Assembly (NCBI GenBank): GCA_963836235.1
Contig: CAWIIP010000005.1
Coordinates: 160,001-224,000 of the forward strand
DNA: 64,000 bases
Direction: 5' to 3'
Source of the DNA: an uncultured Pseudomonadota bacterium
GTDB taxonomy: Bacteria > Oederibacteriota > Muellerivitia > Muellerivitales > Muellerivitaceae
Part shown: one piece after another, positions 20,794 through 30,959 of the stretch
Layout of the letters: each line of letters starts with the position of its first letter
How positions within the stretch are numbered: position 1 is the stretch's first letter
Translations under genes and position numbers: made by a program
The notes under the pieces: generated by a model
What the model saw: only the letters and a program-made list of their open reading frames with translations
Told to the model about the DNA's origin: nothing
Database searches by the model: none

Positions 20794-23040
20794 TTAGGGA
20801 TGGGCTTCCTTGCCCATCCGAAAGATAATATCTTTACCATAAACCAAGGTGTCGTGGTCGAAAAACTTTTTTTTATACTCGATTCCATCGACTAAAAGCG
20901 ATTGAACGTAAAGGTTATCGACCGAGTTATCGATGCTTTTCAACGTCAATAAACCGCTGGGATAAACCATCTTGTCTAGATAAACATCCACCTGTTGGAA
21001 AAGCGGGCTTCCCAATTGGTACGTGTTGCTTCCGGGGCAAACCGGATAAAATCCGATGGCCGAGAAAAGATACCAAACTGACATGACGCCACAATCGTCG
21101 TTTCCTGGAATCCCGTCTGGCGTGGCTTTATAATATTTTCCCATCAATTCCCTAGTTTCTTTTTGTGTGCGCCAGGCTTCCTTCGGTACATAATCGAAAA
21201 GATAAGGCCAAGCCAAATCTGGCTCGTTGGTGGCGTCATAATGGCCGCCTTCAAAACACTGTCGCAGACGCTTCACAAAGGCCTCGTCACCACCCAACAG
21301 CATCTTGAGGCCGTCCATATCTTGGGGCGCGAAAAAAAGATATTGCCAAGCCGTGCCTTCCACATAGCCCGGCCCTCCATTGTCCGGCCAGCTTTGGTCG
21401 CAACAGTTGGTAACAGGATTAAATGGCGTCATCCAGGTTCCATCGCGGTTTTTTGCCCGTAGAAATCCGGTATTTGAATCATAAAAATTCCGGTAGACAC
21501 CGGACATATGAATGTACTTTTCATAATCCTTGGGCTTCTGGAGGTCTTTGGCCATTTGGGCCAGGCACCAGAAATCATAGGAATATTCCAAGCTGGTCGA
21601 AACCGATCCCCAAAGCAGATCCCCACTATCGTCATCTTTGGGTATGAACTCGTATTGGAGAAGGGACTTCAAGCCGCCGTAGATTTTATTGTCCTTGGGG
21701 TCCAGGCTTTTCACCATAGAATCATAGGCTGAACCAACGTCAAAATCTTTGAGTCCCTGCCGGTAAGCATCCAGCAAAACCGGAACCGCCGGGCAACCCA
21801 CCATCACTCGGGTTTCATTCCCCGCCAGTTCCCACTTGGGAAGCCAGCCACTTTCCTTAGACATCTCGACTAGACTTTTCACCATGTCCAAATCCCTTTC
21901 AGGATAAAAGAGGCCCAAAAAAGGATGAAGGTTACGATAAGTATCCCAAAGTGAAAAAACATGGTAGCGGGTATAACTGTCGGCCGTTTTCACGCCCTGA
22001 TGGTTCATGCTTTGGTATTGGCCGTTCACATCGGAAAAAACGCTGGGGTGGATTAACGCGTGGTAAAGGGCCGTATAAAAAATTTTCAACTGGTCGTTAG
22101 AAGCTCCCGTAATCTTAATCCGGGAAAGCACCCCCTCCCAAGCCACCTGGGCCTCAGACCGGATAGCTTGAAAATCCCACCCCGAAACCTCCGTTTTCAA
22201 ATTAAGCCGGGCGTTCTCAACGCTCACGTAGGATATTCCCACTTTTACCATAATGGATTCCTGTCCCGTTGTCGAAAACCTGAAAAAAGCTCCAACGTCT
22301 TTCCCCTCTTGCTCCCTGTTTTCCGAAGACACACCGTCTTTCCAAGTTCCCGCCTGAATGGCCTTTTTGCTGAATTGGGCCACGAAATAAACAGTTTGCT
22401 TGTTACCCGCATAAGGCGTGCAAAAATCCCCGCTTTGAGAAAAGCCTTCCACTTCCATATTAGAGATGATCTTGACGCTGGATTTAAACGAAGGAGATTT
22501 CAAAGTCACCGGATCAGTCGTTAACCGGTGATTGGCGTCTAAAAGGATATTGGCGTCTCCTTTGCAAGCCGGAAAAGAATATTGGCTGACCCCCACGCGA
22601 GTGGTGGCCGTCATTTCCGCCAGGATGTCATAGGTTTTAAGATGGACAGAATAATAACCGGGTGCGGAGGTTTCGGAATCATAAGCGGACTTCCATTGTT
22701 CGAGAGAAGTCTGGATTTTTCCGGTGGTCGGCATTAAAAGAACATTCCCCAAGTCGGGACAACCCGTACCGCTCAAATGGACATGGCCGAATCCATAGAG
22801 AGGGGGTTCACCATAAATATATCCCGAAGGTGCTTGGGGAGCGTTATGAGGACTCACTGAAACCATGCCCCAAGGCACCAAAGCTCCTGGAAAAGTATTT
22901 CCACCATTGGCCGTTCCCACAAAGGGGTTCACCCAATCCGTCAGCCCCGCTCCACTCACATGAGAGAAAGCGAAAGAATAAAAGGTTAACGCTAATCCCA
23001 ACCAAAACCGGAACATGTTTTCTCGCTTTTCCTTTTCCAA
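20794..23040 (-). CDS. GH92 family alpha-mannosidase, exported
   Basis: VNPFVGT..GNTFPGA..PWGMV, HLSGTGC, FSLWDTYR, YVEGTAWQY, NEP, PGNDDCG.MS.WY. Confidence 0.92.
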   Translation of the reverse strand: MEKEKRENMFRFWLGLALTFYSFAFSHVSGAGLTDWVNPFVGTANGGNTFPGALVPWGMVSVSPHNAPQAPSGYIYGEPPLYGFGHVHLSGTGCPDLGNVLLMPTTGKIQTSLEQWKSAYDSETSAPGYYSVHLKTYDILAEMTATTRVGVSQYSFPACKGDANILLDANHRLTTDPVTLKSPSFKSSVKIISNMEVEGFSQSGDFCTPYAGNKQTVYFVAQFSKKAIQAGTWKDGVSSENREQEGKDVGAFFRFSTTGQESIMVKVGISYVSVENARLNLKTEVSGWDFQAIRSEAQVAWEGVLSRIKITGASNDQLKIFYTALYHALIHPSVFSDVNGQYQSMNHQGVKTADSYTRYHVFSLWDTYRNLHPFLGLFYPERDLDMVKSLVEMSKESGWLPKWELAGNETRVMVGCPAVPVLLDAYRQGLKDFDVGSAYDSMVKSLDPKDNKIYGGLKSLLQYEFIPKDDDSGDLLWGSVSTSLEYSYDFWCLAQMAKDLQKPKDYEKYIHMSGVYRNFYDSNTGFLRAKNRDGTWMTPFNPVTNCCDQSWPDNGGPGYVEGTAWQYLFFAPQDMDGLKMLLGGDEAFVKRLRQCFEGGHYDATNEPDLAWPYLFDYVPKEAWRTQKETRELMGKYYKATPDGIPGNDDCGVMSVWYLFSAIGFYPVCPGSNTYQLGSPLFQQVDVYLDKMVYPSGLLTLKSIDNSVDNLYVQSLLVDGIEYKKKFFDHDTLVYGKDIIFRMGKEAHP

Positions 23041-23165
23041 AAAACGGTGAAAGCCTTAAAATGCTTTGTCGCGCGGAATTCCACATAAACGGGAGTCTGA
23101 CCTTGCACTTGCGGCCCCAATTATCCTCCATCCGTGCCCGTTTCGGATACCCCTATCACCAATGG

Positions 23166-24116
23166 ATGACCCAGGAATTCAACGAAGCCGGTTGGAACCT
23201 CGTCCAAAAAAGCCTGTCCCAAAAACGAACTCACGACGTAACCATGTTAATTGAGGGCCCTGATGGCCGTTTCGCCCTCATGAGCAAGCACAGTTACCCG
23301 CCTGGCATCTTCCGGTCACCTTCCGGCGGAGTCCATCCAGGCGAGGATATTGCGGCGGGCGCCCTTCGCGAAGCCAAGGAAGAGACCGGCTTGAACATCG
23401 AATTAAAACGTTTCCTGCTCCATATCACCCTCGACATCAGTTACAAGGATGAAATCGCCACCTGGGACTCATACGTTTTTTATGCCACTACCCGCGATAC
23501 CCAATTGAAACCTACGGACTTAAAGGAAGTCAAAGACACCCGCTGGGCGGGCAGGGAGCATTTGATATCAATGGTGACCATGCTCAAGGAAACCGGGAAT
23601 GGAGGGCTTATTTATCGAGGCGAACTTACCGCCGCTTCCCTCTGGGCGTTAGATAACCCCTTGGCATTCCGGGAAGCCACGTCCCGCGACATGCCCGGCA
23701 TCGCCCATTCGCTGATCGCCAATAAGCTGGCGGTTTCCCAAGCCGAGCAAACCTATTGGTGGATCGCCGAGATACAGGGCCTGACCTCCGGCACGGTCGG
23801 CATCACTCCCCACGCCGATTGTACGGAACTGACAGGTCTGACCGTCGATCCCCTTTTCCGAGGCCGTGGCCTTGGCCACGCCATGGTGGAATATGCCTGC
23901 GACCAATGGCACAGCCCGCTGAAACGAAAGAAACTGACCGAAGGCAAGGTGGTTTTGAACGACAAGCTCTGGTTGACGACCGCCACGCCCGGTTATTTCC
24001 TGCCGGTCAATTTCATCCTGACTGACCCGGGCCTTATGCCCAAAAGCCTGAAGGAACAGCTCACCGGCTTCCGCTCCAAGTGGCAGGGCATGCGGTACCA
24101 GATGTACAAACTCTAA
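23166..24116 (+). CDS. NUDIX hydrolase-GNAT acetyltransferase fusion
   Basis: Nudix box GGVHPGEDIAAGALREAKEETGL; GNAT motif A VDPLFRGRGLG. Start reset to the ATG at 23166 to avoid overlapping GH92. Confidence 0.8.
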   Translation: MTQEFNEAGWNLVQKSLSQKRTHDVTMLIEGPDGRFALMSKHSYPPGIFRSPSGGVHPGEDIAAGALREAKEETGLNIELKRFLLHITLDISYKDEIATWDSYVFYATTRDTQLKPTDLKEVKDTRWAGREHLISMVTMLKETGNGGLIYRGELTAASLWALDNPLAFREATSRDMPGIAHSLIANKLAVSQAEQTYWWIAEIQGLTSGTVGITPHADCTELTGLTVDPLFRGRGLGHAMVEYACDQWHSPLKRKKLTEGKVVLNDKLWLTTATPGYFLPVNFILTDPGLMPKSLKEQLTGFRSKWQGMRYQMYKL

Positions 24117-24153
24117 CCTTAACAACCCCCACAAATTTCGGGAGAAAACCGGG

Positions 24154-24525
24154 ATGAATCCAATCCTTAAAAAATTGTTTTTAAAGGGTCAAAATCCCCT
24201 ATTACTCAAACACTCCCAACGAATTCGGGAAAACCGCGGATGCTTTTGGTGTAACGGTCGATACCAGTCCTAAAGGCCAATATGGATTTATCCTGGCTTT
24301 CACCCATTCTCAAAATGACGCAAAAAAATCGCCAAGAGGGTTTCCAAGGCCCTGGCCAAAGGTGGAATCTTCTGGATGGCTTATCCAAAGGGCGCTTCCA
24401 AGAAATACAAATCGGACATCAATCGTGACACAGGAAATGCCCTCATGCAAAAGCTTGGTTTTAAGGGCGTGTCATTGATAGCAACTGATGAAAATTGGTT
24501 GGCAATGCGGTTTAAAAGAAGTTAA
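24154..24525 (+). pseudogene. DUF3052-like small protein broken by two compensating frameshifts
   Basis: Reads MNPILKKLFLK, then in the +1 frame NTPNEF...YGFILAF, then back in frame GIFWMAYPKGASKKYKSDINRD...DENWLAMRF*. The starting frame has two in-frame stops. Confidence 0.7.
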
Positions 24526-24537
24526 AACGAAAAAGTT

Positions 24538-27500
24538 TTAATGAGTCACTAAAACCTTTGTCGTGTGGGTTCCACTGGCGTCACTAAACACCAAAATATA
24601 AATTCCACTCGCGACTTTTCGGCCCGTGGCATTGGTTCCATTCCAAATGTACCTATGCGTGAATCCCGTTATCTGTCGCCCAACAGTGGCGGCCAAAGCC
24701 GAGGAAACAGGGTTCAAAGTGCCCACCAATTCACCCGTAATACTGTAAACGTTTAAGGTTGAACCCGTAACCTGAACGTCCGTAATGGTAATAGTCGAAC
24801 TGGATTGGCTTGAACTAAGGATATTGGGGGCCGCCACAAGGGAAGTCGTCGGGGCTACATCCTGGGAGCTCACAAGCGCACCCGCGACGCCAGGAGTCGC
24901 CACACCCGGAGTAATCGTCCCGGAAGGAGTAGTGGTTGGGGTTCCAGTAACCGTAGGAGTCGAAGTGATAGTTAATGTGTTTGTCGCCGTCACGGTATTT
25001 GTAGGCGTATTGCTGGCCGTCACCGTCGGCGTGTTCGTAATGGTGCGAGTGTCAGTGGGGGTCAAAGTAACTGTCGGAGTATGAGTATCCGTCGCGGTGT
25101 GCGTGGGTGTCCTGCTATCGGTCACAGTTGGCGTATTCGTAATGGTACGAGTGGCGGTGGGAGTTGAAGTGACCGTCGGAGTATGGGTGTTTGTCGCGGT
25201 GTTCGTGGGCGTCCGAGTATCCGTTATCGTTGGTGTGTTTGTAATCGTACGTGTATCAGTAGGTGTTGAAGTAACTGTAGAAGTATGTGTGTTCGTCGCT
25301 GTGCTCGAAGGTGTCCTGCTATCCGTCACCGTTGGCGTGTTCGTAATGGTATGAGTGTTAGTCGGAGTCGGCGTCACCGTCGGAGTATGTGTATCCGTCG
25401 TGGTTCCCGTGGGCGTCCGGGTATCCGTCACCGTCGGCGTATTCGTAATGGTGCGGGTGTCGGTGGGTGTAGAAGTGACTGTCGGTGTATGTGTATCTGT
25501 CGCGGTATTCGTGGGCGTCCTGCTATTCGTTACCGTCGGCGTATTTGTAATGGTGCGCGAGTCAGTTGGAGTCGAAGTGACCGTCGGCGTATGAGTGTCA
25601 GTTGCGGTGTTTGTAGGTGTCCTGCTGTTGGTCATCGTCGGCGTGTTCGTAATAGTGCGGGTGTTGGTGGGTGTCGAAGTAACCGTCGGTGTATGCGTGT
25701 CCGTCGCGGTATTCGTGGGCGTCCGGGTATTCGTCACCGTCGGGGTGTTTGTCACGGTATGAGTCGACGTCGGAGTATGTGTGTTCGTCGCGGTGCTCGT
25801 AGGTGTCCTGCTATCCGTCACCGTCGGCGTGTTCGTAACGGTGTGGGTAGCGGTCGCAGTATGGGTATTCGTCGGAGTTGATGTCGGGGTATGGGTATGA
25901 GTATTCGTCGCTGTGTTCGTAGGGGTACGGGTGTCCGTTACTGTCGGGGTGTTCGTCACGGTATGAGTCGACGTCGGAGTATGTGTGTTCGTCGCGGTGC
26001 TCGTAGGTGTCCTGCTATCCGTCACCGTCGGCGTGTTCGTAACGGTGTGGGTAGCGGTCGCAGTATGGGTATTCGTCGGAGTTGATGTCGGCGTTCGGGT
26101 ATGAGTATTCGTCGCTGTGTTCGTAGGGGTACGGGTGTCCGTTACTGTCGGGGTGTTCGTCACGGTATGAGTCGCCGTCGGAGTATGTGTGTTCGTCGCG
26201 GTGTTTGTGGGCGTCCGGGTATCCGTCACAGTCGGGGTGTTCGTGACGGTGTGGGTAGCGGTCGCAGTATGGGTATTCGTCGGAGTTGATGTCGGCGTTC
26301 GGGTATCCGTCACCGTAGCCGTATTAGTAGGGGTCCTGGTGTCGGTCACCGTTGCGGTGTTCGTCGCCGTGTGTGTAGGCGTGTGGGTATTAGTGATCGT
26401 CGCTGTGTTCGTCGGTGTCCGGGTGTCTGTTACTGTCGGGGTGTTCGTCACGGTATGAGTCGCCGTCGGAGTATGCGTGTTCGTCGCGGTGTTTGTGGGT
26501 GTCCGGGTATCTGTCACAGTCGGGGTGTTCGTGACGGTGTGGGTAGCGGTCGCAGTATGGGTATTCGTCGGAGTTGATGTCGGCGTTCGGGTATCCGTCA
26601 CCGTAGCCGTATTAGTAGGGGTCCTGGTATCGGTCACCGTTGCGGTGTTCGTCGCCGTGTGTGTAGGCGTGTGGGTATTAGTGATCGTCGCTGTGTTCGT
26701 CGGCGTCCGGGTGTCTGTTACTGTCGGGGTGTTCGTCACGGTATGAGTCGCCGTCGGAGTATGCGTGTTCGTCGCGGTGTTTGTGGGCGTCCGGGTATCC
26801 GTCACCGTCGCCGTATTCGTTGGAGTCCGCGTGTCGGTTACCGTCGGGGTTTTTGTCGCCGTGCGCGTAGCCGTGTGGGTATCAGTGACCGTCGCCGTGT
26901 TCGTCGGGGTCCGGGTATCCGTCACCGTTGCCGTATTCGTCGGGGTCCTGGTGGCGGTCACGGTATCCGTATTCGTCGGTGTATTCGTTATCGTGTGAGT
27001 ATCGGTCACCGTCGCTGTATTCGTCGGAGTCCGGGTATCCGTCACCGTCGCGGTGTTCGTCGCCGTATGTGTAGGTGTGTGGGTGTCGGTCACTGTCGGC
27101 GTGTTCGTTGTCGTATGGGTATCCGTTACTGTCGCCGTATTCGTCGGAGTCCTAGTGGCGGTTACCGTATCCGTGTTCGTCGGTGTGTTCGTTATCGTGT
27201 GGGTATCCGTCACCGTCGCCGTGTTCGTCGGAGTCCTGGTGTCGGTCACCGTCGCCGTGTTCGTCGCCGTGTGTGTAGGCGTATGAGTATCGGTCATCGT
27301 CGGTGTGTTTGTTATCGTATGGGTGTCGGTTACTGTCGCCGTATTCGTTGGAGTCTTAGTGGCGGTTAACGTATCCGTGTTAGTCGGCGTATTCGTTATC
27401 GTGTGAGTGTCCGTCACCGTCGCCGTATTCGTCGAAGTCCTGGTGTCGGTCACCGTTGCGGTGTTTGTCGCCGTATGTGTAGGTGTGTGGGTGTCGGTCA

Positions 27501-28668
27501 CCGTCGGTGTGTTTGTTATCGTATGGGTATCCGTTACTGTCGCCGTATTCGTCGGAGTTCTGGTGTCGGTCACCGTCGCGGTGTTCGTCGCCGTGTGTGT
27601 AGGCGTATGAGTGTCGGTCATCGTCGGTGTGTTTGTTATCGTATGGGTATCCGTTACTGTCGCCGTATTCGTCGGGGTCCTAGTCGCGGTTAACGTATCC
27701 GTGTTAGTCGGCGTATTCGTTATCGTGTGAGTGTCCGTCGCCGTCGCCGTATTTGTCGGGGTCCGGGTATCAGTCACCGTCGGCGTATTTGTAACGGTAT
27801 GTGTGTCTGTCGGAGTACCAGTGGGTGTTCGAGTATCCGTTACCGTTGGCGTATTCGTTATCGTATGGGTATCAGTTGGGGTTGAAGTCACTGTTGGGGT
27901 ATGCGTATCCGTCGGTGTACCGGTAGGCGTCCTGGTATCCGTCACTGTCGGGGTATTCGTGATCGTATGCGTATTAGTGGGTGTCGGAGTTACTGTCGGA
28001 GTATGTGTATCCGTCGGAGTACCGGTAGGCGTCTTAGTATCCGTCACCGTAGGCGTATTCGTAATCGTATGCGTATTTGTTGGTGTCATAGTGATCGTGG
28101 ATGTATGCGTGTCTGTCGGAGTTCCCGTAGGCGTCCTGGTATCCGTCACTGTCGGGGTATTCGTGATCGTATGCGTATTAGTGGGTGTCGGAGTTACTGT
28201 CGGAGTATGTGTATCCGTCGGAGTACCGGTAGGTGTCTTAGTATCCGTCACCGTAGGCGTATTCGTTGGTGTCATAGTGATCGTGGGTGTATGCGTATCT
28301 GTCGGAGTTCCCGTAGGCGTCCTGGTATCCGTCACTGTCGGGGTATTCGTGATCGTATGCGTATTAGTAGGAGTTGAAGTCACCGTCCGTGTACGGGTAT
28401 TCGTCACGGTGTTCGTGGGGGTCTTGGTATCCGTCACTGTCGGTGTGTTAGTAATCGTACGCGTGTTCGTAGGAGTTCTGGTGGCCGTCGGTGTAGGGGA
28501 GTCCGTTGGGGTACCAGTAATAGTGGGAGTTGAAGTGTCTGTTCCACTTGAACCAGTCGCAGCGAGGATATAGCCGGAAGGAGCGAGAACAAAAGCCAAA
28601 CTGAAAACGAAAATAAGGGGAAAAGCAGTTGGGAAAACATCCGACGTTTTTAATTTTAAATTTCGCAT
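24538..28668 (-). CDS. Giant Thr-repeat surface protein with C-terminal FlgD-Ig/sorting-like domain
   Basis: N-terminal hydrophobic segment, ~1200 aa of T-x-T-x repeats, C-terminal [34 protein letters not shown]. Start uncertain (ORF open to 28740). Confidence 0.85.
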   Translation of the reverse strand: MRNLKLKTSDVFPTAFPLIFVFSLAFVLAPSGYILAATGSSGTDTSTPTITGTPTDSPTPTATRTPTNTRTITNTPTVTDTKTPTNTVTNTRTRTVTSTPTNTHTITNTPTVTDTRTPTGTPTDTHTPTITMTPTNTPTVTDTKTPTGTPTDTHTPTVTPTPTNTHTITNTPTVTDTRTPTGTPTDTHTSTITMTPTNTHTITNTPTVTDTKTPTGTPTDTHTPTVTPTPTNTHTITNTPTVTDTRTPTGTPTDTHTPTVTSTPTDTHTITNTPTVTDTRTPTGTPTDTHTVTNTPTVTDTRTPTNTATATDTHTITNTPTNTDTLTATRTPTNTATVTDTHTITNTPTMTDTHTPTHTATNTATVTDTRTPTNTATVTDTHTITNTPTVTDTHTPTHTATNTATVTDTRTSTNTATVTDTHTITNTPTNTDTLTATKTPTNTATVTDTHTITNTPTMTDTHTPTHTATNTATVTDTRTPTNTATVTDTHTITNTPTNTDTVTATRTPTNTATVTDTHTTTNTPTVTDTHTPTHTATNTATVTDTRTPTNTATVTDTHTITNTPTNTDTVTATRTPTNTATVTDTRTPTNTATVTDTHTATRTATKTPTVTDTRTPTNTATVTDTRTPTNTATNTHTPTATHTVTNTPTVTDTRTPTNTATITNTHTPTHTATNTATVTDTRTPTNTATVTDTRTPTSTPTNTHTATATHTVTNTPTVTDTRTPTNTATNTHTPTATHTVTNTPTVTDTRTPTNTATITNTHTPTHTATNTATVTDTRTPTNTATVTDTRTPTSTPTNTHTATATHTVTNTPTVTDTRTPTNTATNTHTPTATHTVTNTPTVTDTRTPTNTATNTHTRTPTSTPTNTHTATATHTVTNTPTVTDSRTPTSTATNTHTPTSTHTVTNTPTVTDTRTPTNTATNTHTHTPTSTPTNTHTATATHTVTNTPTVTDSRTPTSTATNTHTPTSTHTVTNTPTVTNTRTPTNTATDTHTPTVTSTPTNTRTITNTPTMTNSRTPTNTATDTHTPTVTSTPTDSRTITNTPTVTNSRTPTNTATDTHTPTVTSTPTDTRTITNTPTVTDTRTPTGTTTDTHTPTVTPTPTNTHTITNTPTVTDSRTPSSTATNTHTSTVTSTPTDTRTITNTPTITDTRTPTNTATNTHTPTVTSTPTATRTITNTPTVTDSRTPTHTATDTHTPTVTLTPTDTRTITNTPTVTASNTPTNTVTATNTLTITSTPTVTGTPTTTPSGTITPGVATPGVAGALVSSQDVAPTTSLVAAPNILSSSQSSSTITITDVQVTGSTLNVYSITGELVGTLNPVSSALAATVGRQITGFTHRYIWNGTNATGRKVASGIYILVFSDASGTHTTKVLVTH
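24930..28545 (-). repeat. Coding low-complexity tandem repeat (ACN codon at every second position) with nested 204- and 288-nt duplications
   Basis: Near-identical blocks at 25751/25955 and 27931/28135 (204 nt apart) and at 26189/26477 (288 nt apart). Confidence 0.9.
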
Positions 28669-28870
28669 CAATAAAGCTTTCAGGCTTTTTGAGAAAAGCA
28701 AAAATATAGCTGGTTGAATAACTAACGCCGAATTGTACACCTACTTGAGCCAGAAAAGGCTCTGACAGAAAATAAATTTATGAGTGAAAAAACTAACTTT
28801 ATAAGAATTTCCCTGGAAAACTTGGTGTTAACTACCAAAACTTATTAATTAAGGTCAGAAAATTATTCAA

Positions 28871-29581
28871 TTATGAAGACGGAGGCAAAGGCCTTCGTTT
28901 CCAAGCGGAAACCCACCGCATACCCAGCCAACCCACCAGCCAAGAATAGAGAAGAACAGGCAGAAAGTGCTCCAAACACACATGGTACAGGTTATGGCTG
29001 TCACAATGGAGGGTAATTAGGCCCAAGCCCAAAAGAAAAGAGGAAACACCCGACCACAAACCCACCCGTCTGGCGTTCAAGGGGGCGTTCTTTCTTACAA
29101 GTATCCCTAATCCAACCCAAAAAACCGACCCTAGGAGAAAAACCACCACGAAACAGGGCATAGGGGTGATATGGTCCAGGTAATTCTCAGCCTTCCAGGG
29201 AAGAAAAAGCACGAACAAAAGTCCTGCCCCCACCCCCAACAAGGCGGACAATCGAAATTCCCATTTCCCCAATTGTTCCCCACCCGGAAAGCTAGCCTCA
29301 ATTGCCCCCCAAGCCGCCAGGGCGGCGCCCAGGAAAATAAAAAGCATCATTAAGTCAAAGGGGAAGGACTTTAAATTGAGCGAAAGGTCCGTCCGAAGAG
29401 GCATGAAGAAAGAAAAGAGGGAAATAACAACCACGATGATCACCAGCCAAGACAACCATTGGCTGAGGGGTGCCGCGGCGGGTTTAACCGGTCTCAATCC
29501 ATGCGCAAGGCGCTCCATCGCCTTTTGATGGATGGCTGGCATCCCCTTTTCCGCCTTAAGTTTAGAGATCGGCTTTTTCAT
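28871..29581 (-). CDS. NrsF/DUF1109-family membrane anti-sigma factor
   Basis: LAHGLRPVKP N-terminus, about six TM segments, ..APL..RRVG and LHC motifs; overlaps the ECF sigma stop. Confidence 0.75.
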   Translation of the reverse strand: MKKPISKLKAEKGMPAIHQKAMERLAHGLRPVKPAAAPLSQWLSWLVIIVVVISLFSFFMPLRTDLSLNLKSFPFDLMMLFIFLGAALAAWGAIEASFPGGEQLGKWEFRLSALLGVGAGLLFVLFLPWKAENYLDHITPMPCFVVVFLLGSVFWVGLGILVRKNAPLNARRVGLWSGVSSFLLGLGLITLHCDSHNLYHVCLEHFLPVLLYSWLVGWLGMRWVSAWKRRPLPPSS

Positions 29582-30141
29582 GGCTTTACGCGCTTCTCCA
29601 ACAATATTTTTTTCAACCGGGCGTAGCCACGGTGGGCCCGGACTTTGAGGGCGCTTATCGAAAGATTCAACGACTTTGCGGCTTCCTCAACCGTGAGTCC
29701 CTCGATCTTTAGCATTTCCACCGGCTTGCGCAAACTTTCTGGCAATTGTGCCAGCGCCTGGTGCAATTCATCCCCCAAACTTCCGTCCAACTCTTCCCTG
29801 TTGCCTGTTTCCGGCAGGATTTCCACCGGCACTTCCTTCTCAGCGAATTTTCGGTTTCGGCCGATCGCGTCCAGGAAAGCGTTGTGGGCGAGAGTGAAAA
29901 GCCAGGGAGCAAAGGGCCGGTCGGTCAGGTAACTATGGCGGGCCCGGTGCAAAGTGAAAAGCACCTCCTGGTACACGTCATCTACCATCGACTTGTTGAA
30001 AACCCTGCGACGGACATAGGAATAGAGAAGGGGCCCGATTTCATTGAGAAGCATCCGGTAGGTTTCCTCATCGCCTTCCTGGACCCGTTTCATCATTTGG
30101 GACCAGGATTGCCATTGGGTCGGACTGGCTTTCAAAAGCAC
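29578..30141 (-). CDS. ECF RNA polymerase sigma factor (SigF/ECF16-like)
   Basis: DDVYQEVLFTLHRARHSY..DRPFAPWL and EEAA..LNLSISALKVRAHRG. Confidence 0.9.
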   Translation of the reverse strand: MLLKASPTQWQSWSQMMKRVQEGDEETYRMLLNEIGPLLYSYVRRRVFNKSMVDDVYQEVLFTLHRARHSYLTDRPFAPWLFTLAHNAFLDAIGRNRKFAEKEVPVEILPETGNREELDGSLGDELHQALAQLPESLRKPVEMLKIEGLTVEEAAKSLNLSISALKVRAHRGYARLKKILLEKRVKP

Positions 30142-30181
30142 TCCTTGAGGATTACGGTTTGAACTAGGGAGAGGTTACGGA

Positions 30182-30880
30182 TTATCCGATTAAATCCAAT
30201 GTTTCCTTCAACTCGGTGAGTCGGCAGGTGTAAATAGGCGTATCACGAACGGTGTATTTGGAACCCTCGGTTTCCCGCAAGGCCATGACCAAATCCAGGA
30301 AATCCCCGGGGGTATCGGTCTCAAAAGCCACCACGAAATCCTGGTCGTCCAAACCGAAAGAATAAGTAGTGTTCAATTTAACCGAGGGATAAAGGTTCCC
30401 TACCCGGATATGCTCGTCCATTACTTTTTGGCGTGCTTCCTTGGAAAGCAGATACCATTCGCGGCTTTTCACAAAAGGATAGATAAAGATGTATTTGAAC
30501 CGACCCGGATAAATATTGGTTCTGGATTCTTCCGAACCGCCCACATGCTGGTGCTTATCAATATAGGTGCTTCTTTTGGTCATGGCCAGATAGGAAGCGG
30601 GCGTCTTGAGGTAAGGCCCCATGGCCGACTTCATCAAAGCCGAGCTTTGTTTTTGGATGGCGTCCAGGTCGTAACTGATGCGCCAAAGCATTAAGTCCAC
30701 ATCCGACCGAAAACCGACCGTTGAATAAGAAAGCAAAATACCGTCTTTCTTAAAGGTCTCGGCAGCCTCCAGAAAAGACTTCTTGGCCGACTCCTTTTCG
30801 GCGGTCGGAAGCTTGTGAAACTCCTCGGATATCTTATAGAAGGCAAAGCTGACAAATTGGCGTTTAGTCGGATCGGCCAT
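30182..30880 (-). CDS. Chlorite dismutase superfamily protein, probably coproheme decarboxylase (ChdC/HemQ-like)
   Basis: YPFVKSREWYLL, MDEH (proximal His), YSFGLDDQDFVVAFE; no distal Arg at the chlorite dismutase position. Confidence 0.8.
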   Translation of the reverse strand: MADPTKRQFVSFAFYKISEEFHKLPTAEKESAKKSFLEAAETFKKDGILLSYSTVGFRSDVDLMLWRISYDLDAIQKQSSALMKSAMGPYLKTPASYLAMTKRSTYIDKHQHVGGSEESRTNIYPGRFKYIFIYPFVKSREWYLLSKEARQKVMDEHIRVGNLYPSVKLNTTYSFGLDDQDFVVAFETDTPGDFLDLVMALRETEGSKYTVRDTPIYTCRLTELKETLDLIG

Positions 30881-30959
30881 GATTTACCCCTGACGAGAAT
30901 GAATTGAGAGGCGGTATTTTAGGCCGTAAGCCGCCAAAAAGCAAAAGGCTTGGCGTTTA

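Noticed and set aside
22662-23165. N-terminal 168 aa of the 484-aa NUDIX ORF
   Set aside because: Overlaps the GH92 gene on the opposite strand and has no recognisable motif; the ATG at 23166 is more plausible.
24785-28573. Many Val-rich and Arg/Cys-rich plus-strand ORFs; repeats that could suggest a CRISPR array
   Set aside because: They are antisense readings of the Thr-repeat gene. The repeats are codon-periodic with no constant repeat/unique spacer structure, and no cas genes are present.
30182-30880. True chlorite dismutase
   Set aside because: The distal catalytic Arg is absent and there is no signal peptide or perchlorate-reduction context.
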